A DNA stretch of 60,054 nt, taken from positions 1 to 60,054 of the forward strand of contig JBBREX010000001.1 of the NCBI GenBank assembly GCA_038225245.1. The letters run 5' to 3'. Shown in pieces: positions 51,761 to 60,054 of this stretch. Numbering within the stretch: the first letter of the stretch is position 1; each line of letters starts with the position of its first letter. The DNA comes from Fimbriimonadales bacterium (GTDB lineage Bacteria > Armatimonadota > Fimbriimonadia > Fimbriimonadales > Fimbriimonadaceae). The notes beneath the pieces are model-generated. The model did not search any database and was not told the origin of the DNA. It saw only the letters and a list, made by a program, of their open reading frames with translations. The translations under genes were made by a program, and so were the position numbers.

Positions 51761-52330
51761 TCAAGCAGGGTTCAGAAGAATAGCGATGTACGGAAGGTTC
51801 CGATAGCGTTCCGCGTAGTCCAATCCGTATCCTACCACAAATTCGTTGGGAATCTCAAAACCTACGTATTCTATCGGCAAAGTATGCTTTCTCGCGTCAG
51901 GTTTGGAAAGCAGGGATACCACTCGCAAAGACTTTGGGCGGCGCGTGCCTAGCAATTCACGAAGATGTTGCAGGGTGAGGCCGGTATCCACGATGTCCTC
52001 CACAATAAGGACGTGTTTACCTTCAATGTTAATGTCTAGATCCTTGCGAATTTGGACCACTCCGCTTGTCGATTTCTCTTCGCCATAGCTACTGACCTGC
52101 ACGAAATCAAGGCATACGTTCAGGCCAAGATGGCGGGACAAATCACTCAGGAACATAAACGAGCCCTTGAGCACGCCAACAAGGAGTAGTTCTACCTCGT
52201 CGCCGTAATCTTGCCGGATTTCGCGGGCGAGCTCTCTGGTCCGAGCTTCAATCCGTTCTCGATCGATGAGCGGCCGCAGCTCTGCTTCAATGCACGCATT
52301 CATACCTATGGACCCCAGTTTGGCACGCAT
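51761..52330 (-). CDS. hpt: Hypoxanthine(-guanine) phosphoribosyltransferase
   Basis: The PRPP motif (VLIVEDIVDTGLT) and ..GYGLDYAERYRNLPYI are present. An alternative start is at 52306. Confidence 0.9.
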   Translation of the reverse strand: MRAKLGSIGMNACIEAELRPLIDRERIEARTRELAREIRQDYGDEVELLLVGVLKGSFMFLSDLSRHLGLNVCLDFVQVSSYGEEKSTSGVVQIRKDLDINIEGKHVLIVEDIVDTGLTLQHLRELLGTRRPKSLRVVSLLSKPDARKHTLPIEYVGFEIPNEFVVGYGLDYAERYRNLPYIAILLNPA

Positions 52331-52437
52331 TTTGAGGTGATGGTCAATGTTTGTTCTTGCGTTTCGCGCGAAGCGAGGAACGCATTGATGCCTTGCATCT
52401 CTGGAGAGGGCAGGCTTTCTGACAAGGAGTAATTATC

Positions 52438-53241
52438 ATGAAATCTCATTTCGGGTGGAAGGCCGGCATCACCGCACTCATCTGCGCCTCCTTTGCCTTA
52501 CCACGTTCCGCGGAAGCGGCTTTTTTCTCTTGGACCTGGCTACCAGGAACGGGAGGCACGGTTAATAATGGGGCGGGCCAGCTCAACCGCATCGATACGT
52601 CGTTCGATACCGCTACGAAAAGGCTTACCTGGTTTGCCAATTTCGGCCAAGTCGGCGGCGGCGGGATCCAGACCCAGGGATTCCACCTGGTGCTCTCACC
52701 CGGACCCGATCCTAAGGGCACGCAGGGCGAACTTGCGATCATGTATTTCGACGCCTCCGGCTCGGGTGATCCCAACATGACTTGCTATGCGTACAACGGT
52801 CTGAACGCGGCAAGCTCTTGGTATGACGGCTCGGATCATTCGGGAACTCAGCCGCCCGACAAAATTAAATCCTCTTTGATCAGCACGAACTGGATTTACG
52901 ATCGGGTTAAACGAGTTGAGGCGGATGGCACTCGCACGCTGGGATTTTCCATCAATGCGATGGATATCAACAGCCACATCCCGCTTTATCCCGGTCCAGG
53001 CGGAGTCGCTGATTGGACTGGTATGGAGTATGGATCGCACATCGGTGTGTGGTTCCACTCATACGCGGATTTGCACGTTGGCTATCATGACGGATGGATC
53101 TCTTCGCTCTCCTTCGGGCATGAAGGTTATCTCGACGGGTCCGGCTTCAGGACGGTTCCTGAACCTGCCGCCTTTGCCGGCTTGGCGATTGCGGGCTTTG
53201 GATTGATCCTTCGAAGACGAGCCAACAAAGCTCGTCGCTAG
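52438..53241 (+). CDS. Secreted protein with a PEP-CTERM sorting signal
   Basis: It has a signal peptide and a C-terminal VPEPAAFAGLAIAGFGLILRRRANKARR. Confidence 0.85.
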   Translation: MKSHFGWKAGITALICASFALPRSAEAAFFSWTWLPGTGGTVNNGAGQLNRIDTSFDTATKRLTWFANFGQVGGGGIQTQGFHLVLSPGPDPKGTQGELAIMYFDASGSGDPNMTCYAYNGLNAASSWYDGSDHSGTQPPDKIKSSLISTNWIYDRVKRVEADGTRTLGFSINAMDINSHIPLYPGPGGVADWTGMEYGSHIGVWFHSYADLHVGYHDGWISSLSFGHEGYLDGSGFRTVPEPAAFAGLAIAGFGLILRRRANKARR

Positions 53242-53251
53242 CTCACGAGAT

Positions 53252-53277
53252 GGGCGCCGTTCGAGGCGCCCTTTAGT
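53252..53277 (+). terminator. Rho-independent terminator (GGGCGCC - gttcga - GGCGCCC - TTTAGTT)
   Basis: Read directly. It lies 10 nt after the stop of the PEP-CTERM gene. Confidence 0.6.
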
Positions 53278-53615
53278 TCCTCTAGAATATCCTTCGGCCC
53301 CCCTTTGGGTCGAGGGATATTCTCGGCGAACAGACGCAGGAAGAATCAGGTGAACCGGCATCTTCGGGCTGATCACGATCGCCATAAATCGTAAAGTAAG
53401 CGCAATCCATTTTTGTTCGAAGTAATGCTCATTTGTCGTAAATTCGTGGTACTGTTGAATTGTTACGAAGTCGCCTGACCTGACCAAAGGGATCAAGGAA
53501 ATCATCTTGAATTACAGCGGATCCCTCGCGGATACTTATTAAGTGCGGGCGACCGAATTATTTCGATGCAAAAAGGCGACGAGGCGTTGGCGGCCTTTAT
53601 GAAGAGGATACGCCC

Positions 53616-54236
53616 ATGATTTCAAAACTCGATTTCAAACGTCTAGCGGTAGGGATCACCCTCCTCGCGGTAGTGGGAGCCTTCCTATCCTTCGTCCTCG
53701 CAAGGCGGGAAGCAAAACCAGGCTTTCATCCGCCTGCGGAGGCCGAGTATGCCGGCTGCTTTAGTAACTTGCGGAAATTGCACCAGGCGATTACGCTCTA
53801 CCGCGTGGACTCCGGCTCTCTCGAGGTTTATGGAGACATGAACAAAATGGGCCTGCCGCCAGGCCTTACTAAATATGAGAACGTAGGTTTACGGCTTGAC
53901 CCAAAAGACTACCCATGCAAAGGGATACCGGATGAAGAAATACATCAGGGTTGGCCCTTCGGCTGGGCGTACTGGTATTGGGCCGGCCGCTCCGAGGGTT
54001 ATGCCGTGGGCGACAGGCGATCGATTTGGGAAGCTTCATCTAAGAGCCACCTCGGAAATACGATTCTAATCTCGGACCATCATCATAACAACAAAGGATC
54101 CTTGCGGTCCCCAATGGCCGAGTTGTTCGGGATTTACATTACGTTGGACGGAGCCGCAAAGACTAGGATTGGAAAGGGTTTGGCTACTTACAGAGAGGAA
54201 CGTTGGTACGATCCTCAAGGGCCGAAAGACAAGTAA
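53616..54236 (+). CDS. Membrane-anchored hypothetical protein (pseudopilin/DUF1559-like N-terminal pattern without a processing site)
   Basis: The TM segment is LAVGITLLAVVGAFLSFVLA, followed by CFSNLRKLHQAITLY, which is reminiscent of the NLKQIGLAL segment of DUF1559-type proteins. Confidence 0.6.
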   Translation: MISKLDFKRLAVGITLLAVVGAFLSFVLARREAKPGFHPPAEAEYAGCFSNLRKLHQAITLYRVDSGSLEVYGDMNKMGLPPGLTKYENVGLRLDPKDYPCKGIPDEEIHQGWPFGWAYWYWAGRSEGYAVGDRRSIWEASSKSHLGNTILISDHHHNNKGSLRSPMAELFGIYITLDGAAKTRIGKGLATYREERWYDPQGPKDK

Positions 54237-54416
54237 GGTGTTATCCATTATTAAAAACGAGGATGGACGCCTAATAACATGGGAGGAGGTTGCACGAAAC
54301 TTAGCAAAGTCCGATTCTCGAGACGGGGGTCGCAACGCGAAAAAGACGAGCCAAGGATTGCCCATAAGACACGAATCAGTAGGGATTTAGATTCGCGAAA
54401 TCCCATTCAACCTAAG

Positions 54417-55628
54417 TTATTGCTTCCGCTCCGGTAACTCGTGGCCCATCTTGTCCCGCTTGGTCTGCAAGTACCGCTCGCTGTGAACGCTCGAAGCGGC
54501 AATCAAAGGTACATGCTCCACGATCTCTAGCCCGTAACCCTGCAGACCGGCTACTTTTGCCGGATTATTGGTGAGCAATCGCAACCGTCGCAATCCGAGG
54601 TCCGCGAGCACCTGAGCTCCCAGGCCGTAATCGCGGAGATCGGCCTTGAACCCGAGGGCATGGTTCGCTTCCACGGTGTCCATTCCCTTATCCTGCAGCT
54701 CGTAAGCGCGCAGCTTGTTGAGGATCCCTATTCCCCTTCCTTCCTGGGCGATATAGACGACGACCCCCCGGCCTTCCTCCTCGATCCGATCGAGGGCAAG
54801 GCCAAGCTGATCTCCGCAGTCGCAGCGAAGTGAGCCAAGGATATCGCCGGTTAGGCAGCTTGAGTGCATTCGCACCAGCACTGGTTCCTCCGTGCAGACA
54901 TCGCCTTTCACGATGGCGAGGTAGGGGTGCGCTTCTACGCTTGGCTCATAGGCATACAGTTGGAAGTCACCGTGAGTCGTCGGAAAAGCGATCGGTCCTG
55001 CCACTCGCTCGACGAGCTTTTCGTTCTTGCGCCGGAAGGTGATCAGGTCAGCGATAGTGATGATTTTCAGACCGTGCTCGGCAGCGAACGGCACCAGCTT
55101 GTCCAATCGCATCATGCCGCCACCCTCGTCGAGAATCTCGCAGCCGACCGCCACCGGTTTAAATCCGGCAAGTTGGCAGAGATCGACGGCGGCCTCCGTA
55201 TGGCCGGCCCGGCGAAGGACACCCCCTTTTTCAGCACGCAATGGAATAATGTGCCCTGGCCGTCCGAGATCGCTGGGGCGCGCGTTTTCGTCACAAAACA
55301 CAGCGACGGTCATGGCTCGGTCGTGGGCCGAGACCCCAGTCGTAGTGCCCTTAAGCGCGTCCACCGTTTCCCCCATCGCGGTGCCCAATCGCGCCGTATT
55401 GGTCTTCGTCATCATGGGGATATGTAACTCCGCAAGCCGCTCGCTTGTGGTCGGGATGAACGGAACGCCGCCCCCATGCTTGATCATAAAGTTCATTGCT
55501 TCCGCGGTACAGGCCTCGCCCGCCATGATCAAATCGCCTTCGTTTTCGCGGTCCGGATCGTCGACCACGACGAGCATCCTGCCCCCCTTCATCTCTTCAA
55601 TTGCCTGACTAATCGTTGCAAATTCCAT
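54417..55628 (-). CDS. ribBA: Bifunctional 3,4-dihydroxy-2-butanone-4-phosphate synthase / GTP cyclohydrolase II
   Basis: DDPDRENEGDLIMAGE, ..HTEAAVDL.. and the RibA Zn site (HSSCLTGDILGSLRCDCG) are present. Confidence 0.95.
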   Translation of the reverse strand: MEFATISQAIEEMKGGRMLVVVDDPDRENEGDLIMAGEACTAEAMNFMIKHGGGVPFIPTTSERLAELHIPMMTKTNTARLGTAMGETVDALKGTTTGVSAHDRAMTVAVFCDENARPSDLGRPGHIIPLRAEKGGVLRRAGHTEAAVDLCQLAGFKPVAVGCEILDEGGGMMRLDKLVPFAAEHGLKIITIADLITFRRKNEKLVERVAGPIAFPTTHGDFQLYAYEPSVEAHPYLAIVKGDVCTEEPVLVRMHSSCLTGDILGSLRCDCGDQLGLALDRIEEEGRGVVVYIAQEGRGIGILNKLRAYELQDKGMDTVEANHALGFKADLRDYGLGAQVLADLGLRRLRLLTNNPAKVAGLQGYGLEIVEHVPLIAASSVHSERYLQTKRDKMGHELPERKQ

Positions 55629-55653
55629 GCTTTGGTAGTTCTACGTCGCTAAT

Positions 55654-55688
55654 CGCCAACCGCCAACTGCCAACCGCCAACCGCCAAC
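55654..55688. repeat. Tandem heptanucleotide repeat, 5 units (CGCCAAC x2, TGCCAAC, CGCCAAC x2); GGTTGGC-type G-rich on the minus strand
   Basis: Read directly. It lies 26-60 nt upstream of the ribBA start codon, in the divergent intergenic region. Confidence 0.85.
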
Positions 55689-55854
55689 CGAAGCGGTATG
55701 ACTTGCGATTTTGGCAGCAAACGAGCCTCCCAGTACTCCTTTCCCTGGCTCAACGGGCCAAGCAATAGGACCAACCCCCAATCCTGACAGCCGTCAATCC
55801 TGCCGTTCGAATCCGAACCCCGATGCGGAAATTACCGTTTTGGAGAACTTGATT

Positions 55855-58440
55855 ATGCGTCTACGGAACCTCATCCCCGCGTTTCTGACTCTTAGCACTA
55901 GCCTCGGTGCGAGCGCCACGCCCCATGGATATACCGCGCTTGTGCTACCCAACGGCAAGATCCAAATCAACCAATATGAACGCTCGATCGCCACCATCGG
56001 CTTTGGTATGCAGACCGACGGCTGGATGCCTGCACGTATCGAGGCGGTCCGCGATAACGTCTCGCTGCCTCAGCCGGCCAAGGCGGTCTGGAGCACTGGT
56101 TCGGCAGACCTGACCACGGACGTCCAATCACAAAACGGCATTCTTACCGTGACCATAAGGGCCACCCCAGTCAACACCGTACACGTGCTCAGCTCCAGAG
56201 TATCGCTGGAGTTTCCAGCTTGGAAATGGGTTGGAGGAAGCGCCGCCATCGGCAACACAACCATTCCGCTCCCGGATTTTCTAGGAAATTACAATCTGTA
56301 CGACTCGCCGGGCACAAGCGCGACGTTTCGCACCGCGGCAGGCACTTCCCTCACGATGACCCAGGCGAGATCGCGAACCACCTTCGTCGATCTTCGGCAG
56401 TGGCTCCCCGAATTCGAGTGCGCCCTTGGCAACAATGGCTTCGAAGACTGGCAACAAGGCCAAACCAAGCAATGGGTGTTCACCCTTAGCATGGATCAGG
56501 CGCTTGATCTACAGGTATCACAGCAACTCGTCATCACCCAAGGCGAAGATTGGATACCGCTGCAGCTCGCGACCGACGTCACGCCCCACTCAGCCCTCGA
56601 TTGGCGTCCGTCTCATCCTCAAACCGCCGGATCACTTGGTTGGTTGAAGGTTACTCCCAATGGGCAATTTGCGTTCGAAGCCCAACCCACAAAGCCAGTC
56701 AGGTTCTATGGCGTATGCCTGTCCGGTGATGCATGCGTCCTCGATCGAGACGTCGCAGATCGGCTGGCCAATCGTCTCTCCTCGGTCGGATATAACGCTG
56801 TCCGCATCATCATCGACGAGGTTCTTCTCGACAATCGGGCCGGAACTTCCACGGTGATCGATCCCGTCAAGCTCGACAAAGTCAATTATCTCATCTACGC
56901 TCTCGGCCAAGTGGGGATTTACGTCAAAGTCGAGCTTTACGTCTCCCGAACCCCCAAGAACGATGAAGTCTGGCCGGGCCCCATCAACGAAGAAGACTAC
57001 AAGGCGCTACTCCTGTTCAATAACGCCACCAGGCTGAACTGGCTCGGCTTTGCCCGCAATCTCATGAATTCCAACAACCCGTACACAGGCTGCTTATGGA
57101 AGAACGACCCCCGCATTCCCTGGGTCGCCGTGACAAACGAGAATAGCGTCGCCTCCCTCATGTACTACATCCGCAACGATATCAAAGCCGCCATCGTCGA
57201 CCTCTACCACCAAGCAGGCAACCAAGGCGAGTTCAGCGCCGAGAACGACGTCGGAGCACGCTTCGGAGCATCCCTCAATGTCTCCGCCTACCGGTGGATG
57301 AAGGCCCAGCTCGACGCCATCGGAGTCAAAGCTCTCGTCTCCGACAGCACCGGCGGATGGAACCAAGCCGCCACCAGCCTCAATCGATGCCAGCTCGATT
57401 TCGTCGAGAATCATTATTATTGGGACCATGCCGTCTTCACCAACCTCCAGTGGCGAGAGCCGTCCCAGGGCTCCGATGCCGGCGAATCATGGATGAGAAT
57501 GTCAGGAGGTACCCTCAACCGATGGGCCCTTGGCCGTATCGCCAAGAAACCCTTTATCGTCGGAGAGTTCGCCGTCATGGCCCCCAACCGCTTCCGAGCC
57601 GATGAAGCCCTCATCATGGGAGCCGCCGCCGCCATCCAACAATGGGATGGAGTATTTAGGCACGCCTGGGCCCATACCCATCAAGCCATCATCAGCCCCA
57701 ACGTCATCCACTACATCAATGCTCAGTCCGATCCCTTGCAAATCGCTTCCGACCGAGCCATCGTCGCCCTCTATCTCAAGGCCCACCTGTCCGTCTTTGC
57801 CCCCAAACTCGTCTGGAAAGTCGATCGCAACGCCGTCGGAGCCCCCGATTTCGATGCCCCCATGAAGGACGCCCTATTCACCGCCCCCATCGCCACCAGC
57901 TTTGACTTCGGAGACCCCACCGGCGCTTCCCCATTCGCCCGATCCCGCAACTTCGGCACCAGGTTTGGCGAAGTCGTCGGCAATCCAGATCAAGGAACGA
58001 TGTCCGTTCGAAGCCCAAAAACCTGCGCCGTCATCGCGGAACCAGGCCAGACCGTCGTGGCCGGCCAACTGACGATGACTCCCTCGTTGTATCGAGCGGT
58101 CGTTTACGCGACCAGCCTCGACGATAAGCCTCTCACAGTCAGCAGGCGCTTCTTAGTTGCACATTTGACCGATCTGCAAAACTCGAACACGACGTTTCAG
58201 GCTCCTGATCGGGTTCTCATGACTTACCTCGGGGATCTGCCGCTCCTCGCGAGGAACGGGACCGCCGACGTCCGCTTGCGGCTCATGGGACTCTCGGGGG
58301 TTCACGTTTACCGGCTCGACATGGCGGGAAATCGAATCCAGGAGATGCAGACCTCGATCGTCGGTAGCGATCTGCTGTTCACCTGCACCGTTCAAGGCCC
58401 ACAGGGAGCGACCATGTATTACGAGGTCGTTAAGGACTAG
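55855..58440 (+). CDS. Secreted clan GH-A (TIM-barrel, GH5-like) glycoside hydrolase candidate
   Basis: The signal peptide MRLRNLIPAFLTLSTSLGASA starts at ATG 55855. ..GYNAVRIIID.., the acid/base-like PWVAVTNENS and the nucleophile-like PFIVGEFAV are present. Confidence 0.7.
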   Translation: MRLRNLIPAFLTLSTSLGASATPHGYTALVLPNGKIQINQYERSIATIGFGMQTDGWMPARIEAVRDNVSLPQPAKAVWSTGSADLTTDVQSQNGILTVTIRATPVNTVHVLSSRVSLEFPAWKWVGGSAAIGNTTIPLPDFLGNYNLYDSPGTSATFRTAAGTSLTMTQARSRTTFVDLRQWLPEFECALGNNGFEDWQQGQTKQWVFTLSMDQALDLQVSQQLVITQGEDWIPLQLATDVTPHSALDWRPSHPQTAGSLGWLKVTPNGQFAFEAQPTKPVRFYGVCLSGDACVLDRDVADRLANRLSSVGYNAVRIIIDEVLLDNRAGTSTVIDPVKLDKVNYLIYALGQVGIYVKVELYVSRTPKNDEVWPGPINEEDYKALLLFNNATRLNWLGFARNLMNSNNPYTGCLWKNDPRIPWVAVTNENSVASLMYYIRNDIKAAIVDLYHQAGNQGEFSAENDVGARFGASLNVSAYRWMKAQLDAIGVKALVSDSTGGWNQAATSLNRCQLDFVENHYYWDHAVFTNLQWREPSQGSDAGESWMRMSGGTLNRWALGRIAKKPFIVGEFAVMAPNRFRADEALIMGAAAAIQQWDGVFRHAWAHTHQAIISPNVIHYINAQSDPLQIASDRAIVALYLKAHLSVFAPKLVWKVDRNAVGAPDFDAPMKDALFTAPIATSFDFGDPTGASPFARSRNFGTRFGEVVGNPDQGTMSVRSPKTCAVIAEPGQTVVAGQLTMTPSLYRAVVYATSLDDKPLTVSRRFLVAHLTDLQNSNTTFQAPDRVLMTYLGDLPLLARNGTADVRLRLMGLSGVHVYRLDMAGNRIQEMQTSIVGSDLLFTCTVQGPQGATMYYEVVKD

Positions 58441-58508
58441 CTCGGTCAGATCGCTTCCAAATGCGGCTAAGCTCCCAAGGGGAGCTTGGCCGCACCTTTT
58501 CAGAGGAC

Positions 58509-59747
58509 CTACGAAGGTTTTCTCACCAGGTCGAAAGTGTGGGAGACGGGCTGTGCCAAGTTGTGGCGCTCTCTCGTCAAGGCCGCTTCCAAGTCTTCCA
58601 TGGCTCGCAGTGCATCTGAGAGGGGCTTTGGAACGAGATCGGCCAACGGGACTTCGAAGGTTCGCCAGCGGCTATATCGTATGGCGCAAAGCTTCCAGGT
58701 CACATCGGCAATCTTCCACGCCTGCTTATTCATGGGCGTATCGAGCAGAGCCAAATTGATTCCCCGAGCGAAGTCAAGGTCGGAGAAAACACCCACGCTC
58801 ACCAGGTCGATATTCAAGTCGTAAGTTCCAGGCGGTACTCCGGTGACGGTGAGCATTTCTTGGTTGAGGGTTTCTTCGAGGTCGGAGGATTTCAACACCA
58901 AAGCGATCTCGGGGTTCGCTCGATCGATAGGCGTCGGCAAGGATTGCTCGACCAGCTCGAAATGTCCAGGCGCCCAATGGCTGAGCTTTCCGTTTTCGAC
59001 CTTTGCCTTTCCCGACGGCCAGTCGATCGTCGTTTTTGACACGAGTGGCGAGGCATGCCATGACTTAAGAATTTCGCTCATCATAAGAAAATGGCCACCG
59101 TTTCCAGGATGGACGCGGTCCCCAATGATCTGCTGGGCCCTGCCGGGATCACTATCTTTTGCTTTCTCGAGCATCCGCGCCAAAGGGGTATTCAAGTCGA
59201 CGAGTTCGAACCGATTTGCCGTGGCGAGCTGGGCAACGTAGTCCCCATACGCTTTCAGGACCCCGTTGTAACCTCCGGGAAATCCTGGTGCACGGGTGAA
59301 ATCGTCGTACGGCGAAGGACGAATCAGCCACACCTGTGCGGTCGGGCTCTCCGAACGCAACCGATCGACGATATGTTGATATCCGCTCGTGTAAGTTTTG
59401 AAAGTTTTCGGGTCGAAGGGCTGGTAGCCGGCGTCGTTCATGCCAAGCATGACCGTAACCACCGTTGGTTTGCGAGATAAGAGGTCCCGCGTCATCCGTT
59501 GGTCGATGGAGCCCATCCATCCTCCAGTAACCCGGTCGCCGCCGACGCCCGCGTTCATATAGGTCACGTCGAGCTTGGGATAGCGAGCGGTCACGAATAT
59601 TTCGATGAGCTGAGTGTAAGGGGCATTATCGGTAATGCTGTCGCCATAGAAAACTACGCGGTCGCCATTCTTCAGCGCAAAGCTGGGAACTTGCGCATTT
59701 ATGGCAATGGAGGCCCCTAGCGCTGTGAGACAAGTTACTAATTTCAT
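58509..59747 (-). CDS. SGNH/GDSL-family hydrolase with a C-terminal accessory domain
   Basis: It has a signal peptide, block I (VVFYGDSITDN), ..MLGMNDA.. and ..DRVHPG... Confidence 0.85.
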   Translation of the reverse strand: MKLVTCLTALGASIAINAQVPSFALKNGDRVVFYGDSITDNAPYTQLIEIFVTARYPKLDVTYMNAGVGGDRVTGGWMGSIDQRMTRDLLSRKPTVVTVMLGMNDAGYQPFDPKTFKTYTSGYQHIVDRLRSESPTAQVWLIRPSPYDDFTRAPGFPGGYNGVLKAYGDYVAQLATANRFELVDLNTPLARMLEKAKDSDPGRAQQIIGDRVHPGNGGHFLMMSEILKSWHASPLVSKTTIDWPSGKAKVENGKLSHWAPGHFELVEQSLPTPIDRANPEIALVLKSSDLEETLNQEMLTVTGVPPGTYDLNIDLVSVGVFSDLDFARGINLALLDTPMNKQAWKIADVTWKLCAIRYSRWRTFEVPLADLVPKPLSDALRAMEDLEAALTRERHNLAQPVSHTFDLVRKPS

Positions 59748-59771
59748 TGCATGCAGTCTTGGTTAGAATCA

Positions 59772-59817
59772 AATGACCCTCGGACTGGAATCTTCTTCTC
59801 CCAATCCGAGGGTCATT
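59772..59817 (-). terminator. 13-bp perfect hairpin (AATGACCCTCGGA / TCCGAGGGTCATT, 20-nt loop) just after the stop of the partial minus-strand gene
   Basis: Read directly. On the minus strand it is followed by TGATTCT. Confidence 0.45.
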
Positions 59818-59830
59818 GCCCTTTGTAGGT

Positions 59831-60054
59831 TTAGTGTACTCTGACCACAACTCTCCCGATGTCACTTCCGCCCCGGCCGTCGCTGATCGTGTAGGTGAAA
59901 GAGACGCGGCCGTGGAAGCCTGCCGCGGGTGTATAAGTGACCGTGCCGTCCGCATTAGCCGTCGCCGATCCTGAGGATGGTTGTGTCACCCCCACTAGCG
60001 TGATCGGGTCCCCGTCGGGATCATGGTCGTTCGCCAACACAGGGATCGTCACCG
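59831..60054 (-). CDS. C-terminal end of a large cadherin-like / Ig-like repeat surface protein (the 5' part lies outside the window)
   Basis: ..[60 protein letters not shown].. is a typical cadherin-like/VCBS-type repeat. The ORF is open to the window edge. Confidence 0.75.
   Translation of the reverse strand, partial: VTIPVLANDHDPDGDPITLVGVTQPSSGSATANADGTVTYTPAAGFHGRVSFTYTISDGRGGSDIGRVVVRVH

Noticed and set aside
54383-54405. Hairpin GGGATTT-agattcgcg-AAATCCC between the convergent genes 53616..54236 and ribBA
   Set aside because: The stem is only 7 bp and AT-rich, with no flanking U-tract on either strand. It is too weak to call a terminator.
55654-55688. CRISPR-like array (also considered for 762-789 and 10287-11307)
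   Set aside because: The units are 7 nt or 78 nt and directly tandem, with no spacers. There are no cas genes. These are microsatellite-type and coding repeats.
55803-55822. tRNA-like GTTCGAATCC T-loop sequence
   Set aside because: The flanks do not form T-stem, acceptor or anticodon arms on either strand. It is a chance match.
55629-55854. FMN (RFN) riboswitch expected upstream of ribBA
   Set aside because: I read the minus strand for the conserved RFN blocks (GGGGCAGGGTGAAATTCCC.., ..GCCGACAGT.., ..AGTCTGGATGGGAGA..) and found none. A covariance-model scan is still needed to be sure.

Overview
This is a 60-kb chromosomal window from a moderately GC-rich bacterium. The lineage cannot be fixed from sequence alone. 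A PEP-CTERM anchor, pseudopilin-like membrane proteins and several secreted glycosidases suggest an environmental, polysaccharide-degrading diderm.

I can support about 62 protein-coding genes (two split by apparent frameshifts, two truncated), 2 tRNAs (Gly-CCC, Lys-UUU), several hairpins or terminators, and short tandem repeats. I saw no rRNA, CRISPR array, transposase, integrase or reverse transcriptase.

Most of the window is housekeeping:
- DNA, RNA and translation: gyrB, rpmH-rnpA-yidD-yidC-jag, efp, nusB, rho.
- Lipid and cofactor synthesis: fabD-fabG, acpS, accB-like/accC, folD, ribBA, queF.
- Transport and central metabolism: pstS-pstCA, pfkA, hpt, ccmABCD.

The clearly accessory stretch is about 5.9-15.2 kb. 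It contains:
- a tandem family of secreted tail-fibre-like / beta-solenoid proteins;
- a DUF1848 gene stump;
- a DUF2188 plus winged-helix pair;
- an orphan EncFtn-type ferritin.

The leads I consider most worth following:
1. An RtcA-family protein that keeps the ATP-site motif but lacks the adenylylatable histidine. It is packed in one operon with an uncharacterised 8-Cys polytopic membrane protein and a GH2-like hydrolase whose conserved N-E acid/base motif reads C-E.
2. A Doc/Fic-fold protein with a fully degenerate catalytic motif, translationally overlapping gyrB.
3. A BCCP-like protein in the accB position with Gly where the biotinyl-lysine should be, followed by a pseudopilin-like gene inserted before accC.
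4. The tail-fibre-like paralogue cluster, with a 13 x 26-aa repeat array, a 1-nt frameshift and a rearrangement scar.
5. The same heptanucleotide tandem repeat both inside a coding region and in the ribBA leader.

All family assignments rest on motif recognition by eye. No database search was run. Start codons are often ambiguous.
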